From Podarcis melisellensis (lineage: Eukaryota): DNA of 64,000 nt. Shown here in pieces: positions 61,982 through 64,000 of this stretch. The stretch lies in NCBI GenBank assembly GCA_964234715.1, contig OZ174276.1. One strand, 5' to 3'. The stretch's first letter is position 1. Each line of letters opens with the position of its first letter. Below the pieces are notes generated by a model. It ran no database searches. It was not told where the DNA came from and worked only from the letters and a program-made list of their open reading frames with translations. The position numbers were made by a program, and so were the translations under genes.

Positions 61982-64000
61982 TTCCTGATAAAGCTCTTAG
62001 TGTGTGAATTGTGAATGCTCACCTTTTATCAACCCTGTTCACTGCTATCAGTTCCCCTATCTGCTGCTGCTTTGGCACCGCATTTTTCTACTAATTATAC
62101 AGCAGCAACATTTTCCTGGATCAGTAATATAGCAATTCTAGACAATGGGGGTTCATACAGAAAATGAGATGATGTCACACAGCATTTGACTAAGCCGGTC
62201 AAATTTGGCTGACATCACCAAGGGCATAAACTGTTAAATTCAGAGGGAGGGCAATGCTTTCTGAATAGCTGAGCACTTTTGAAGCAATTGTAAAACACAC
62301 ACACACACACACCATTTGAGAATGGCAACAATGTCCAGAAGGAGCAGTGAACTTTTTTTTCCACTTCAGCGCTATTCATAATTGCTTAGCTCCTTCTATG
62401 AGTCTTAGCATTTCTTTAAAAAAAATAAGCAGAGGTGAGTCTCTTATATGGTCACTTGGACAGTAAAAACTAGATCAGTCAGTATAATTGAATGGAATAA
62501 GTGAAAAAAATCTATTCTGCATTGTCATGAGCACTGCTAGGACTCTCATTAGTCCCAGGTAATAGGTAGAAGAATGCCTATTGTAATGAAAATCCTCAGT
62601 GACAAACTGAACTAAGGAATGAGAAAACTACCTGTCAAGCAAGGTGAGAACAGTTCAGATAACAAGGACAAATTTATTCTTGATCCTTGCCTCTCTGTTC
62701 CACAGTTATATCTATGTTTTGTTTAGAGAACATGTGAATCTCTTCTTTACTATAGTGAATCGCTCTGCTCCCCTCTCCTCTCCTCCCCTTCCCAATAGAT
62801 TGATGGGCCACATCTACTGTGTCTCACCTGATTTCCAAATACCAGCGGGAAAAAGCCTTAATTAGGCAGGGTTATTTAAAGATGTTATGTCCACAAGTCC
62901 TAGCTAGAAGGCTTCCCTCGAGACATCTAGTAACAGCTATAGCTTGGTCCAGATAATTTTGTAATCTGGATGGGTTCCAAAAGCATCTGCTATTCAAAGC
63001 ATCGCTTGGTATTTATCTTGAGGCTTTGTAGTTAAATCAGAATGTGTCAGCAGCCTAGAATGCCCCTTTATATCTCCCTTTTGTCCAATTTTAATGCCAG
63101 AGATATTTTGAGTTTGTGTAATTGTTTCAAGCAAGTCAGTCAAAGGGCTTTGAGAAAAAGTCTGTGTGTGTTGGGGGGGGGGGAGAGATTATTTCACTTT
63201 CCATACCGCCTGCTCAGTGGGAGAGGGTAAACAACTGGGCCAAATATTTGCTTATGCACGGTCTTCTTTTAGGGGCAAACTGAGACAAAGAAAGGTAACA
63301 AAATAAAATTTGAAACGAGAGTGTTGAGCTGGCCTAGAGGAAGCTGGTCTACATCTAGATTTTGCTGGGCTTCCCCCCCCCCCCCTTTCAAGAGAGTCCT
63401 TCTCCCCCATCCATAAGATTCTTTCTCTGCAGAGGCCAGAGACGGAGGCTTGCTTACAATCAGCTTGATTGCTTCTGAAGTTCACATTATGTTCAAAGAG
63501 ATGGCTCAATTATGTTATTCTAATCACATCTACTTCAGAAGACACACCTGGTCGGTATGAATATAGATGTGGAAGAAAAGAACACTGTAACAAACACATT
63601 TGATAGTAAATATTATGAAGGGATTCTGTAATGTACAAATGCAAGCAGAGTCCCTGTGGATGCAGATGTGAATATATGTCTATCCAAGGACTACATTCCC
63701 TTTGATATCAACTGGTGTTTTACTTAGAAATGACGGTCGGGGTTTTAGAAAGGCGTCTCAGTGATTCCTTTAAGTAAGAGTATTGATAATCCCCTGATTG
63801 GGGGTGTCCAATGTTCTTAATGTATACTTAAGGCCAATGACACATAGGTTTCTGAAAAATGGGAAAAATGTATAAAAAGGAGGGAACAAGGAAAAGCTTA
63901 CAGAAAAAAAGGGGCCACTATTGTTTAACTTTCCAAGGTTAAGAACAAGTCCCAGAGCTTTGCAAAACCAGCTGTTCAAAGACTTATGAAATTGATTTTT

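Noticed and set aside
60438-64000. Upstream CACNA1G exon 17
   Set aside because: No segment encoding the expected II-III linker peptide was found; it probably lies beyond the window.
1-64000. Remaining short ORFs, CRISPR arrays, operon-like or prokaryotic systems, nested genes
   Set aside because: The short ORFs are antisense shadows of exons, repeat-derived or random, with no recognisable domains; there is no repeat-spacer array; the sequence is vertebrate intron/exon DNA.

Overview
Eukaryotic (vertebrate) genomic DNA. The repeat content (Sauria SINEs, Squam3-like SINE, lizard-type L2/CR1 LINEs, hAT and Tc1-mariner MITEs) points to a squamate reptile, probably a lacertid lizard. The whole window lies inside one minus-strand gene, the T-type voltage-gated calcium channel alpha-1G subunit (CACNA1G / Cav3.1). 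I mapped 18 consecutive coding exons by hand, equivalent to human exons 18-35: end of the II-III linker, domain III, III-IV linker, domain IV and proximal C-terminus. All have GT-AG boundaries and compatible phases. They include the alternatively spliced modules known from mammals: the 21-nt 25C extension and cassette exons 26, 34 and 35, which the ORF track misses or reads in the wrong frame. The 5' exons and the last exons lie outside the window. The rest is intronic, with many transposable elements, microsatellites and a 227-N assembly gap. The only long ORF in the track (16032-17024) is a 5'-truncated L2 reverse transcriptase; nearly all other short ORFs are spurious. I found no convincing new multi-gene system. 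The best leads are: a ~246-nt AG-exclusion zone with a distant branch point before exon 34; RBFOX motif clusters around 25C/26/34; a four-half-site DR1 nuclear-receptor array; a candidate poison microexon; a MITE sitting in a perfect palindrome; tRNA-Lys and tRNA-Asn SINEs sharing one CR1 tail; and fossil Penelope hammerhead ribozymes.
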